64,000 bases of DNA from an uncultured Actinomyces sp. (lineage in GTDB: Bacteria; Actinomycetota; Actinomycetes; S36-B12), in NCBI GenBank assembly GCA_964537955.1, contig CAZICY010000004.1:9316-73315 (forward strand), written 5' to 3'. A program made the position numbers and the translations under genes. This document shows, piece by piece, positions 43,194 through 51,731 of the stretch. Every line of letters begins with the position of its first letter. The first letter of the stretch is position 1. The notes below the pieces were generated by a model that was not told the DNA's origin, made no database searches, and saw only the letters and a program-made list of their open reading frames with translations.

Positions 43194-43841
43194 CTACCTC
43201 GGCTTGACGGTGCCGTCCATGTAGACGGTGAGGATCTGCAGGCCACCCTGGCCGTCGTCGTAGTTGACGTACCAGCGCAGCTTGCCGAAGTCCGAAGCGG
43301 ACGTCGTGGCCTGCATGAGGTTCATTGCCGCGAGCGGCACGTCGGTGGGAAACCTGTCCGAGTTCTCCTCGCGGTAGTCCTCAGCCAGCTGGAGCGCGCG
43401 GTTGGCCCCGATGCGCAGTTTCTTGTCCACGCCGGTGCTGCCACCCCATCCCTCGTTGGACGTGATGACGCCGGTCTGGCACATGCCGTCGTACTTGATG
43501 AGCAGCGACATCCCTCGGTCGGCGCCACGGGCGGTGACGAGGTTGACGTTGAAGGCCACCTGATTGGCGGTCAGCGTGACCGCCTTGAGTGGATCCGTGT
43601 CGGCGGGGTCCCCCTCGAGGTCCACCTCCATCATCTTGGAGTCCTTCAGCTTCGCGCCCTTGCCGTAGTACTGCTCCGCAAGCTGGGGGATGTCGAGTTT
43701 GCGAAAGTCCTTCTGTGCCTTGGCCATGAGGGGACGGACGTTGCCTGACCACCCGCACAGGTCGTCAGCCGCCTGCGCGGAGACCGGGGCTGCCAAGAGC
43801 CCCGCGGACAGGGCCAACACCGCGACTGCGGACTTCCACAT
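43194..43841 (-). CDS. Secreted protein, unknown family (paralog A)
   Basis: Signal MWKSAVAVLALSAGLLAAPVSAQA. It shares the blocks CGW.G.V.PLM.KA, MEVDL, GSTG, MNLMQATT…DFGKLRWYVNY…LQIL.VYM.G.V.P with the adjacent gene. Confidence 0.6.
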   Translation of the reverse strand: MWKSAVAVLALSAGLLAAPVSAQAADDLCGWSGNVRPLMAKAQKDFRKLDIPQLAEQYYGKGAKLKDSKMMEVDLEGDPADTDPLKAVTLTANQVAFNVNLVTARGADRGMSLLIKYDGMCQTGVITSNEGWGGSTGVDKKLRIGANRALQLAEDYREENSDRFPTDVPLAAMNLMQATTSASDFGKLRWYVNYDDGQGGLQILTVYMDGTVKPR

Positions 43842-43857
43842 GGCGCCTCCTCATGAC

Positions 43858-43888
43858 GATGCCCCCGTGCGCTGAGCATGGGGGCATC
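43858..43888 (-). terminator. 9-bp-stem hairpin GATGCCCCC-N13-GGGGGCATC between the two paralogs
   Basis: Perfect inverted repeat located 23 nt downstream of the paralog-B stop codon on the minus strand. Confidence 0.45.
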
Positions 43889-43910
43889 GACGGGGTAAAT
43901 CAAGTACTGA

Positions 43911-44567
43911 CTACATGGGGGAGACCTTGCCGTTCATGTAGACAGCGAGGATCTGCAGCTCGCCCGGCGCTGGTGAGTAGTTGACGTACCAGCGCAGCTT
44001 GCCGAAGTCCGGCGGAGCGGTAGTCGCCTGCATGAGGTTCATCATGACCAGCGGCGCATCGAGCGGGAAGTCCGCCGAGTGCTTCTTGCGGTAGGCCTGA
44101 GCCAACTTAAGCGCCTCATTGGCGTTCACCGTGAGGGCCTGGTCGGTGCCCGTGCTGCCGACCCAGGCATCCTGGACGACGACCGTCGTCTTGTAGCACA
44201 GGCCATAGAAGCGCACCTGCGCACTGATCACGGACTCCTTGCCCCCGGACTTCACCATGATGTTGTAGGCAACCCGGTTGTTGCGCAGCGTGAGGGCCTT
44301 CGTGGGCTTCGTCTCTTCGCCCTTCTGCGCGAGGAGATCCACCTCCATGCGCTTGTACGACTTGATCTTGACGTTGTCGCCCATGCGGGCCTTGATCCGC
44401 TCGGTCACCTGCTCCGAGCGCACGCGACGATCGGCCTTCTGCATGAGCGGAATGACGTCTCCGGTCCAGCCGCAGGCGGCGCCCTGGTCGGCCTGCGCCG
44501 CGCTCACGGGCGACACGATGATGCCGGCAGCGAGGGCCAGCGCGGCGCCAATCGATACGAGTCTCAT
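43911..44567 (-). CDS. Secreted protein, unknown family (paralog B)
   Basis: Start re-derived to ATG 44567 (MRLVSIGAALALAAGIIVSPVSAAQA). It shares conserved blocks with 43194-43841. Confidence 0.6.
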   Translation of the reverse strand: MRLVSIGAALALAAGIIVSPVSAAQADQGAACGWTGDVIPLMQKADRRVRSEQVTERIKARMGDNVKIKSYKRMEVDLLAQKGEETKPTKALTLRNNRVAYNIMVKSGGKESVISAQVRFYGLCYKTTVVVQDAWVGSTGTDQALTVNANEALKLAQAYRKKHSADFPLDAPLVMMNLMQATTAPPDFGKLRWYVNYSPAPGELQILAVYMNGKVSPM

Positions 44568-44631
44568 GGGATCCCTTCCTCGGGGTGTTGGCCGCCATTG
44601 TGCACGCGGGGGCGCCCCGGGGGAAGGGAGT

Positions 44632-45654
44632 TCAGTTCCGCGGCGCGGCGGCTCGGCGCAGCCGGTCAGCGACGGCCTCGCCGACGCCCTCCGCGTCGGG
44701 GTCGGGGGGTACCGCGATGACGAAGGCGATCCCTGCGGCGTCGGCTCTGCGCAGGGCGTCGTAGAGGCCGCGCGCGTAGTCCTCGACCGCGAGCGGCTCA
44801 AGCAGGCGCACAGTGCCCTCGGGCGAAGTGATGCCTGCCGAGGCGATGACTCCGATGCTGCCCGCCCGCGTGCCACTCACGACGGCAGCGTCGACGTATG
44901 CGGCAAGGGCTTCGCCATCGGGGGCCAGCGCGAGGCGAGCCGCGGGGGCGTAGTGGGACGGGAGAGCGCCGGGCACGCGGATGCCGGATGCCCTGGCGTC
45001 CAGCGCCTCCAGGCCGGTGATGCGCTCGATGTCAGCGACCCCGATGCCGCCGGGGCGCAGCACCCGCGGCTGTGGGCCGGTGCAGTCGACGATCGTCGAC
45101 TCGACGCCGACGGTGCATGCGCCCCCGTCGATCGCCACGTCGGAGTCGGCAAGGAGGTCGCCCAGGTCGGCGAGCGCATGCGCGAGCGCCGTCGGACTCA
45201 CGTGACCGAAGCGGTTGGCGCTGGGCGCGGCGACGCCATGGGGCGCCCCCGTGGGGTCCGCCGCGTCCATGGCACGCAGCACCTCGAGCGCGAGTGGGTG
45301 CCCAGGCACGCGCAGTGCCACCGTGTCCTGGCGTCCCGTCACATCGTCCGTGGCCCGCGCCGAGCGGGGGAGCACGAGCGTGAGGGGCCCGGGCCAGAAC
45401 GCATCGGCGAGTTGGCGCGCGTAGTCGGGGACCTCGCGCACCCACGATCCGGGAGCGTCGGGATCGAGCCGCGGATCCGCGACGTGGACGATCACCGGAT
45501 GCAGTGACGGGCGGCCTTTCACGGCATAGATGCGCGCCACCGCGGCGGGATCATCCGCGCGACCGGCGAGGCCGTAGACGGTCTCGGTCGGCAGCACGGC
45601 GAGCGCGCCCTCCAGGAGCGCTGCTGCGGCGGCGCCGGGATCGGCCTGGATCAC
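44632..45654 (-). CDS. L-threonylcarbamoyladenylate synthase (Sua5/YwlC/TsaC family, long form)
   Basis: LPTETVYGLAGRADDPAAVARIYAVKGRPSLHPVIVHV and GPLTLVLP motifs, plus a C-terminal Sua5 domain. GTG start overlaps the upstream stop. Confidence 0.8.
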   Translation of the reverse strand: MIQADPGAAAAALLEGALAVLPTETVYGLAGRADDPAAVARIYAVKGRPSLHPVIVHVADPRLDPDAPGSWVREVPDYARQLADAFWPGPLTLVLPRSARATDDVTGRQDTVALRVPGHPLALEVLRAMDAADPTGAPHGVAAPSANRFGHVSPTALAHALADLGDLLADSDVAIDGGACTVGVESTIVDCTGPQPRVLRPGGIGVADIERITGLEALDARASGIRVPGALPSHYAPAARLALAPDGEALAAYVDAAVVSGTRAGSIGVIASAGITSPEGTVRLLEPLAVEDYARGLYDALRRADAAGIAFVIAVPPDPDAEGVGEAVADRLRRAAAPRN

Positions 45655-47069
45655 GTCGCGGCACCTGCCCGCACGTGACGCATCTGATGGCCGCCGCTGC
45701 CGAAGGCCTCCGGCGGTGGCGTCGCGCCCTGCGCGACGAGGTCGAGCACTCGCAGGTTGAAATCGCAGTCCGGGATCGCATCGGGGTCATCGGCGCGCAG
45801 GACCTCGGGGATCGCGAGGTAGGCCTCGCGGGCTGCGAGGTAGCGCTGCCGCGACGCGTCGTACGAACCGAGCCTGCCGAGGAGAGCGGCGGCCTCGTGC
45901 GCACACTCGGCGGCGCGCTCAGCGAGCCCGGCCTCGGCGTAGGCGGACCCGGCGGTATCGAGGAGAGAGAGGGCTTCGACCGCCTCATGGGCATCGCCGC
46001 CGCGCAGGCGCACGATCGCCTCGCCGTGTCGTGCGTCCGCCGCGCGGACCGGATCGGGCAGCCGCTCCGCGACGCGGACGGCGGCGTCGAAGGAGTCGAT
46101 CGCGGCCGGCGAGTCGCCGAGCAGGTCGTACGCCGTGCCCCGCGTGGCGAGCAGGTCCGCCTCGGTGGCCCGGTCGTCGAGGGCCCGCGCGGACGCGAGC
46201 GCCTCATCGAGCACCTCGACGGCCTGCCGCGCGCGATCGCGCTCGGCCAGGCGCCACGCGAGTCCCGGCGCGGCCGCGATGGCAGCGCGATGGTCCTCGA
46301 GCGAACGGAAGCCATCGAAGGCCGCGCGCAAGGTGGCATCTGCCTCGTCGTCCAGGCCCTGTGCGGCGAGCGCCGCACCGAGAACCTGTCGCGCGCGCGC
46401 AGTGAGCGCAGGGTCCTCGTCGGAATCTCGGATGACGGTGAGCGCCTCGCGGATCGCCTCGTCATACCTGCCCTCGTCCACCAGGTGCGCGGCACGCTCG
46501 TAGCGTGCGGCGCGGCGGTCCTCCTCGGCAAGTCCGGGATCGCGCAGCGTGCGGTCGAGTGCGCCCAGGGCCTCGGCACCGGCCCCGTCCGCACGCGAGA
46601 CCTCGTCGGCGAGCGCGTCGAGCTGCTTGCGCATGCCGCGACGGGTGAAGCCCTTCGTCCAGGGCCGCGCCTCGTCGATCGCCACGCGCGCGTCGCTCCA
46701 GCGCCCCAGGCGCGTGAGGGCGGTGGCCCGCCCGATGCGGGCCCAGGCTTCGAGGGAGTCGATGTCGCCGAGTTCCTCACCAGCGGGCGGCAGGGACAGC
46801 GACGTCATGCGCAGCAGGCGCTGGCGATCGTGCTCGCCGTCATCCCTGAGCATGGCGGCGTAGTCGAGTGCGGCGTCGAGGTCGGCGAGAGCCTCGTCGG
46901 CCCTGCCCAGGGCGATGAGCGCGTGCGCCGCGCGCGTGCGCTGCAGCGCCACCGAATAGGACTGCCCCTGCGCCCGGGCTGTCTCCTGGCGAGCGCGCGC
47001 GTCGGCGAGGAAGGCCTCTGCCTGGTCGCGCATGGCCGACTCATCTGCCATTCGTCCACTATGGCGCAC
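45651..47069 (-). CDS. Tetratricopeptide-repeat (TPR)-like Ala/Asp/Arg-rich protein
   Basis: 472 aa of recurring helical hairpin repeats (…ALG R.DEAL.DLD.AL…). The alternative start is ATG 47051. Confidence 0.5.
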   Translation of the reverse strand: MRHSGRMADESAMRDQAEAFLADARARQETARAQGQSYSVALQRTRAAHALIALGRADEALADLDAALDYAAMLRDDGEHDRQRLLRMTSLSLPPAGEELGDIDSLEAWARIGRATALTRLGRWSDARVAIDEARPWTKGFTRRGMRKQLDALADEVSRADGAGAEALGALDRTLRDPGLAEEDRRAARYERAAHLVDEGRYDEAIREALTVIRDSDEDPALTARARQVLGAALAAQGLDDEADATLRAAFDGFRSLEDHRAAIAAAPGLAWRLAERDRARQAVEVLDEALASARALDDRATEADLLATRGTAYDLLGDSPAAIDSFDAAVRVAERLPDPVRAADARHGEAIVRLRGGDAHEAVEALSLLDTAGSAYAEAGLAERAAECAHEAAALLGRLGSYDASRQRYLAAREAYLAIPEVLRADDPDAIPDCDFNLRVLDLVAQGATPPPEAFGSGGHQMRHVRAGAAT

Positions 47070-47251
47070 GTCACATCAGCGGCCGGGCAGGGGTGTCCTC
47101 CTGCGGATCCCCAGGGGATTCCGTGGCCCACGTCACTCTCTCGTCACGTCGATGTCACGGCCGTGTCGCGCTCATGGAGCATGGTGGAAGGGATCTCACC
47201 GGATCGCCTGAGAAGTTGACGGACCGCCCACAAGGCGGTCGAGGAGGAATC

Positions 47252-47392
47252 ATGAAGACGCTGATGTCGTGGCTGAAGCCCAAGCCGAGCAAGCCGGCCA
47301 GCATCCGACGCACCTGGGATCGCGAGCGCTCGCGCGCCATGTCGCCGTCGCACCGCGACGAGATCGACGCGATCTTCTCGCGCTACCTGTAG
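47252..47392 (+). CDS. Small basic protein (46 aa), unknown function
   Basis: ATG 47252 lies 5 nt after a strong GAGGAGG RBS. Sequence: MKTLMSWLKPKPSKPASIRRTWDRERSRAMSPSHRDEIDAIFSRYL. Confidence 0.45.
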   Translation: MKTLMSWLKPKPSKPASIRRTWDRERSRAMSPSHRDEIDAIFSRYL

Positions 47393-47575
47393 CCCCGGGG
47401 ACCTTCACGAGCGCGGCCTCACGTGAGGTCGCCGACCGGGCACCGAAGTGTCAGGATCGTGTAAGGACCATGGGGGAGCGGCCTCCTCGGGGAACATCCG
47501 AGCCCCGGGGGGCGTCACCATAGTCACAGGCCAGGCCCCGGGCACCTCGCCGGGCCGGCGACGAGGAGGACACAG

Positions 47576-49066
47576 GTGAACGACGAGACGACGGGCCGCG
47601 ACCTCTACTCGGAGGCCTACGGCAAGCACGATCCCTACGCACCCCAGCCGGGCCACGGCAGCGATCCCTACGTCGCGCCGACAACGAGCGACACGCCCGT
47701 GAATGACACGCGCGCCTACCCCACCTCGGATCCCTACGCCGCGCCGAGTTCGCCCTACGCGCCCCAGCCGGGTTACGCGAGCGATCCCTACGCGCCCCAG
47801 GCGGGCTACGCGAGTGATCCCTACGCGGCGTACCGCACGCCGGGCTACGCGAGTGATCCCTACGCGGCCCAGCCGGGCTACGCGAGTGATCCCTACGCCT
47901 CCCAGCCGGGCTACGGGAGTGATCCCTACGCCGCGTACGCCGCGACAGCCACCACGGCACCCCCGGTCACCGCACCCGCCCCCCGCACCAGCAAGCAGGG
48001 ACGGGTTGTGGCGCTGGCCTCGGTCGGCCTCGCGCTCACCGCTCTGGTCGCCGGCACGGTCGGCGGCGCCGTGGGATTCACCGTGGCGCGCATGACCCAG
48101 CCCGAGCCCGTGGCCGCAGTCGCCGTCGCGCCGATCGGCGCCACCGGCGACGCCATCAGCCCGCCGGCGGGCGGCAGTATCGCGGCGGTCGCCGCGTCCT
48201 TGCAACCCTCTGTCGTCCAGATCAACGTCGACGGCGGCGGCGGCGCCGGCACGGGTTCCGGATTCATCATCCGCGAGGACGGCTACATCCTCACCAATAA
48301 CCACGTCACCGCCAATGGCAGCGACATCACCGTCACCTTCAGCGACGGTCGGATCGTCGACGCGACCCTCGTCGGTGCCAACCCCGGCTACGACCTCGCG
48401 GTGCTCAAGGTCGACGAGACCGGGCTGCCAGCCGTCACGCTGGGCTCCTCGAGCGCACTCGAGGTGGGCGACTCCGCCATTGCCATCGGCTCGCCCCTCG
48501 GCCTGCAGGGCACCGTCACCGCCGGCATCGTGAGCGCGCTCAACCGTCCCGTCACCGCGGGCGGCGAAGGCGAGATGTCCTTCATCAACGCCATCCAGAC
48601 GGACGCGGCCATCAACCCCGGCAACTCCGGCGGCCCGCTCGTCGACGGCAACGGCGCGGTCATCGGCGTCAACTCGGCCATCGCCGCGCTCGGTGGCAGC
48701 CTCGGCGGCCAGGTCGGCAACATCGGCCTCGGCTTCGCCATCCCCATCGACACCGCCGCGCGCATCGCCTCGGAGATCATCGCGACCGGCAGCTCGTCGA
48801 CACCGATCATCGGCGTGCAGCTCGACATGCAGTACGCCGGACCCGGTGCCCGGATCGCCGGCATCACCGACAACGGCCCGGCGTCGTCCGCGGGACTGCG
48901 CGAAGGCGACGTCATCACCGCGCTCAACGGCACGCCCGTTGTCGATGCCACCGACCTCATCGTGGACGTGCGCTCGCTCGCCCCGGGCGAGCAGGTGACG
49001 CTCACGGTCGACAGTGGCGGTTCCGAGCGTGAGGTCACGCTCGTGCTCGGCGCGCAGAACGACTGA
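47576..49066 (+). CDS. HtrA/DegP-family S1C serine protease with PDZ domain and repeat-rich N-terminal tail
   Basis: GTG start. A TM helix VVALASVGLALTALVAGTVGG. Catalytic blocks TNNHV (His), DLAVLKV (Asp) and GNSGGPLV (Ser). C-terminal PDZ (GARIAGITDNGPASSAGLREGDVITALNG). Confidence 0.85.
   Translation: MNDETTGRDLYSEAYGKHDPYAPQPGHGSDPYVAPTTSDTPVNDTRAYPTSDPYAAPSSPYAPQPGYASDPYAPQAGYASDPYAAYRTPGYASDPYAAQPGYASDPYASQPGYGSDPYAAYAATATTAPPVTAPAPRTSKQGRVVALASVGLALTALVAGTVGGAVGFTVARMTQPEPVAAVAVAPIGATGDAISPPAGGSIAAVAASLQPSVVQINVDGGGGAGTGSGFIIREDGYILTNNHVTANGSDITVTFSDGRIVDATLVGANPGYDLAVLKVDETGLPAVTLGSSSALEVGDSAIAIGSPLGLQGTVTAGIVSALNRPVTAGGEGEMSFINAIQTDAAINPGNSGGPLVDGNGAVIGVNSAIAALGGSLGGQVGNIGLGFAIPIDTAARIASEIIATGSSSTPIIGVQLDMQYAGPGARIAGITDNGPASSAGLREGDVITALNGTPVVDATDLIVDVRSLAPGEQVTLTVDSGGSEREVTLVLGAQND
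47630..47940 (+). repeat. In-frame degenerate tandem repeats encoding (Q)PGYASDPYA(A/P)
   Basis: Recurring gggctacgcgagtgatccctacgc units lie inside the htrA-like CDS, upstream of its TM helix. Confidence 0.8.
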
Positions 49067-49068
49067 CG

Positions 49069-50571
49069 TCAGACGACGGCGACCGCTCCGCCGCGGCGCA
49101 GGTCCGCGGCGGCCGTGACCCGGCCATCCGGATCCCGGGCCACAGCATGGACGCCGCCGAAGAACAGATCGGCCGAGGGCCACTCCCGCAGCGGGGAGTG
49201 GCCCTTCGCCATCCATGCCACGAGGTCCGCGGGGAACCCCGGCTCCACGTCGATGATGTCCTCGCTCGCGTGCAGGCGCGGCGCGGCGATCGCACTCGCG
49301 AGGTCGTCGCCGGCGTCGAGGGTGCGCAGCAGCACCTGCGTCAGTGCGGAGCGAATGCGCTCGCTGCCGCCCGTGCCGAGCGCGAGCAGCGACCCGTCCT
49401 CGCGGGCGACGAGGGTCGGCGCCATCATCGAGCTGAGTCGATCGCCCGGTAACAGTGAGTGGAAGCCGCCCGGATGCAGGTCGGCCTCGCCGAGCATGTT
49501 GTTGAGTGCGACCCCGGCCGCCACGGTCCCCGATCCGGAGCCATTCGACAGCGACAGGGCCGCGACGGATCCCTGCGCATCGAGCACCGACAGGTGAGTC
49601 GTGCCGCGGGGGACCTGCGCCCCCGAGCGGTGACGCTGGGTGGCCCGACGCAGGGCCTCGGGGAGATCGCGCCAGGCGTCACCCGATGCGGGCACCAGGC
49701 CCAGGCACTCCAGCACGATCGCGCCACCGAAGGCAGGTGGGGGATTGGTCCAGATCCACGCGTCACCGCGTCGCGCGCGCACCGGCGCGCGGTGCGCCAC
49801 GGCGTACGAGCCCAGGTCCTCGATCGTGACGAGCCCGCCGTGCACGCCGATCTCGCGCGCCACGGGTTCGGCGAAGGCCACCCGGGGATCCTCGCCCGCG
49901 GCAAGCAGGTCGAGCATGTCGGCGTACGCCGGATTGCGGAAGGGCTTGCCCTCCAGTGGTGGTGCGAAGAGCGCGGCACTGGCGGGGGTGAGTTGCAGGA
50001 TGGGGCCGATGACGCGGATGAAGTCGACCTGCACCGCGTCCAGCATCACCCCGTCGTGCGCAGCCAGGCGGGCGGGCGCGACGACCTCGGCCAGGGGGAG
50101 TCGGCCCCCCGCCGCGTGCAGGTCGAGCAGCCCGGCGAGAGTGCCGGGCACTGCGACGCTCGACCAGCCGACGTGGAACTCCTGCTGCGTCCCGGAGCCG
50201 AAGGTCACCGAGAGATTCGTCATCGGCTCGGGCTGCGCGGCTGGGTGACCATGACCGGGCATGTCGACGAAGAAGTCGGTGACGCGCGGTGCCTCGCCGG
50301 GGGCGGCGGCCAGGCAGAATCCCCCTCCGCCCAGGCTGGCCAGCGTGGGCTCGGCGACGGTGGCCGCGAAGGCCCCCGCCACGACCGCGTCGATTGCGGA
50401 TCCGCCGATGCGGAGCATCTGCGCTGCGGCGTCACGGGTGAGTGCGGAGCCCGCAGCGACCGCCCCGCTGCCGGGCGGACCCGATGCCGCCACCGCAATC
50501 TCCCCGGTCACGCCCCGCACGCTATCCCGCGTCCAGCCCGGCGGGTCGGCGAAGCCGCCCCTGTCGGGCAT
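49069..50571 (-). CDS. ggt: Gamma-glutamyltransferase family protein
   Basis: GGSAIDAVVAGAFA…, autoprocessing/nucleophile context PRGTTHLSVLD, and GGSERI near the C-terminus. The start is uncertain: ATG 50571 is chosen, GTG 50520/50511 are alternatives. Confidence 0.75.
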   Translation of the reverse strand: MPDRGGFADPPGWTRDSVRGVTGEIAVAASGPPGSGAVAAGSALTRDAAAQMLRIGGSAIDAVVAGAFAATVAEPTLASLGGGGFCLAAAPGEAPRVTDFFVDMPGHGHPAAQPEPMTNLSVTFGSGTQQEFHVGWSSVAVPGTLAGLLDLHAAGGRLPLAEVVAPARLAAHDGVMLDAVQVDFIRVIGPILQLTPASAALFAPPLEGKPFRNPAYADMLDLLAAGEDPRVAFAEPVAREIGVHGGLVTIEDLGSYAVAHRAPVRARRGDAWIWTNPPPAFGGAIVLECLGLVPASGDAWRDLPEALRRATQRHRSGAQVPRGTTHLSVLDAQGSVAALSLSNGSGSGTVAAGVALNNMLGEADLHPGGFHSLLPGDRLSSMMAPTLVAREDGSLLALGTGGSERIRSALTQVLLRTLDAGDDLASAIAAPRLHASEDIIDVEPGFPADLVAWMAKGHSPLREWPSADLFFGGVHAVARDPDGRVTAAADLRRGGAVAVV

Positions 50572-50582
50572 AGCCTGACGGC

Positions 50583-51731
50583 GTGGTGGACTTCCTCGCG
50601 TCGGCGGGCCCGAGCCTCGGTGTCGAGGTCGAGCTCGCACTCGTCGACGCCGAGTCCGGTGACCTGGTGTGCGTGGCGCCCGAACTGCTCGCGCGCGTCG
50701 GCACCGATCACCCGGATGCCGAGCATCCCAAGATCAAGAAGGAGCTCTACCAGTGCACCGTCGAGGTGATCACGGGCGTGTGCGCGACGGTCGCGCAGGC
50801 CCGGGCGGACCTCGCTGAGTCGATGCGCGAGGTCGAGCGCGCCGCTGAGCAGTCCGGCGCGGCGATCATCGGCGCCGGCCTGCACCCCTACACCCCCTGG
50901 CACCAGCTCAGCCTGTCCGAGGGCGAGCGCTACCAGCGTCTGGTCGACACCATCGGCTGGCCTGCGCGGCGCCTGACCACTCACGGCGTGCACGTCCACG
51001 TCGGCGTCCGCTCCGGCGACAAGGCGATCGCGACGGTCAACGCGCTCACGGGCTACCTGCCCGTCTTCCTCGCCCTGTCCGCGGCGAGCCCGTACTGGAA
51101 CGGGCGCGACACAGGTCTTGCCTCCACGCGCACGAAGATCTTCGAGTCGATGCCGACCACGGGCCTGCCTCCGCACCTGCGGGACTGGGTTGAGTTCAAC
51201 GTCTTCCTCGACACGCTCATCGAGGCCGGGGCGATCGAGACGGTACGCGAGGTGTGGTGGGACATTCGGCCGCATCCTGGCTACGGCACCGTCGAGCTGC
51301 GGATGTGCGATGCCATGCCCACCCTGTGGGAGATCGCCGCGCTCGCGGCCCTCGCGCAGGCACTTGTGACGGACTTCGACCGCATGATCGACCGCGGTGA
51401 GACGCCTGAGGTGCCGCGGGAGTGGGTGCGGCGGGAGAACAAGTGGCGCGCAGCGCGCTGGGGCATCGAGGCCGACCTCGTCATCGACGAGTCGGGCCGC
51501 ACCCGCCCGCTGCGCGACATCGTCGACGACATCGTCGAGCGACTGCTGCCCGTCGCCACGGAACTCGGCTGCGCGGCCGAGCTCGCGGACCTGCGCCGCA
51601 TCGCCGCGGAAGGCCCGAGCTACGTCCGCCAGCGCAGGATTGTCGCCGAGGGCGGTGACCTGCCCGGGGTCGTGCGCGCGCTGCGAGCGGAACTCGCGGA
51701 CTCGATCGCGGAGGAGGTCGCCGGGTCGTGA
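50583..51731 (+). CDS. Carboxylate-amine ligase, YbdK/GCS2 family (glutamate-cysteine ligase 2-like)
   Basis: LGVEVELALVD…ELYQCTVEVITGVC…GLHPY…HVHVGV…WWDIRPHP..GTVELRMCD are GCS2 signature blocks. Confidence 0.8.
   Translation: MVDFLASAGPSLGVEVELALVDAESGDLVCVAPELLARVGTDHPDAEHPKIKKELYQCTVEVITGVCATVAQARADLAESMREVERAAEQSGAAIIGAGLHPYTPWHQLSLSEGERYQRLVDTIGWPARRLTTHGVHVHVGVRSGDKAIATVNALTGYLPVFLALSAASPYWNGRDTGLASTRTKIFESMPTTGLPPHLRDWVEFNVFLDTLIEAGAIETVREVWWDIRPHPGYGTVELRMCDAMPTLWEIAALAALAQALVTDFDRMIDRGETPEVPREWVRRENKWRAARWGIEADLVIDESGRTRPLRDIVDDIVERLLPVATELGCAAELADLRRIAAEGPSYVRQRRIVAEGGDLPGVVRALRAELADSIAEEVAGS

Noticed and set aside
47405-49216. 603-aa minus-strand ORF
   Set aside because: It is antisense to the HtrA-like protease, whose catalytic triad and PDZ domain are evident on the plus strand.
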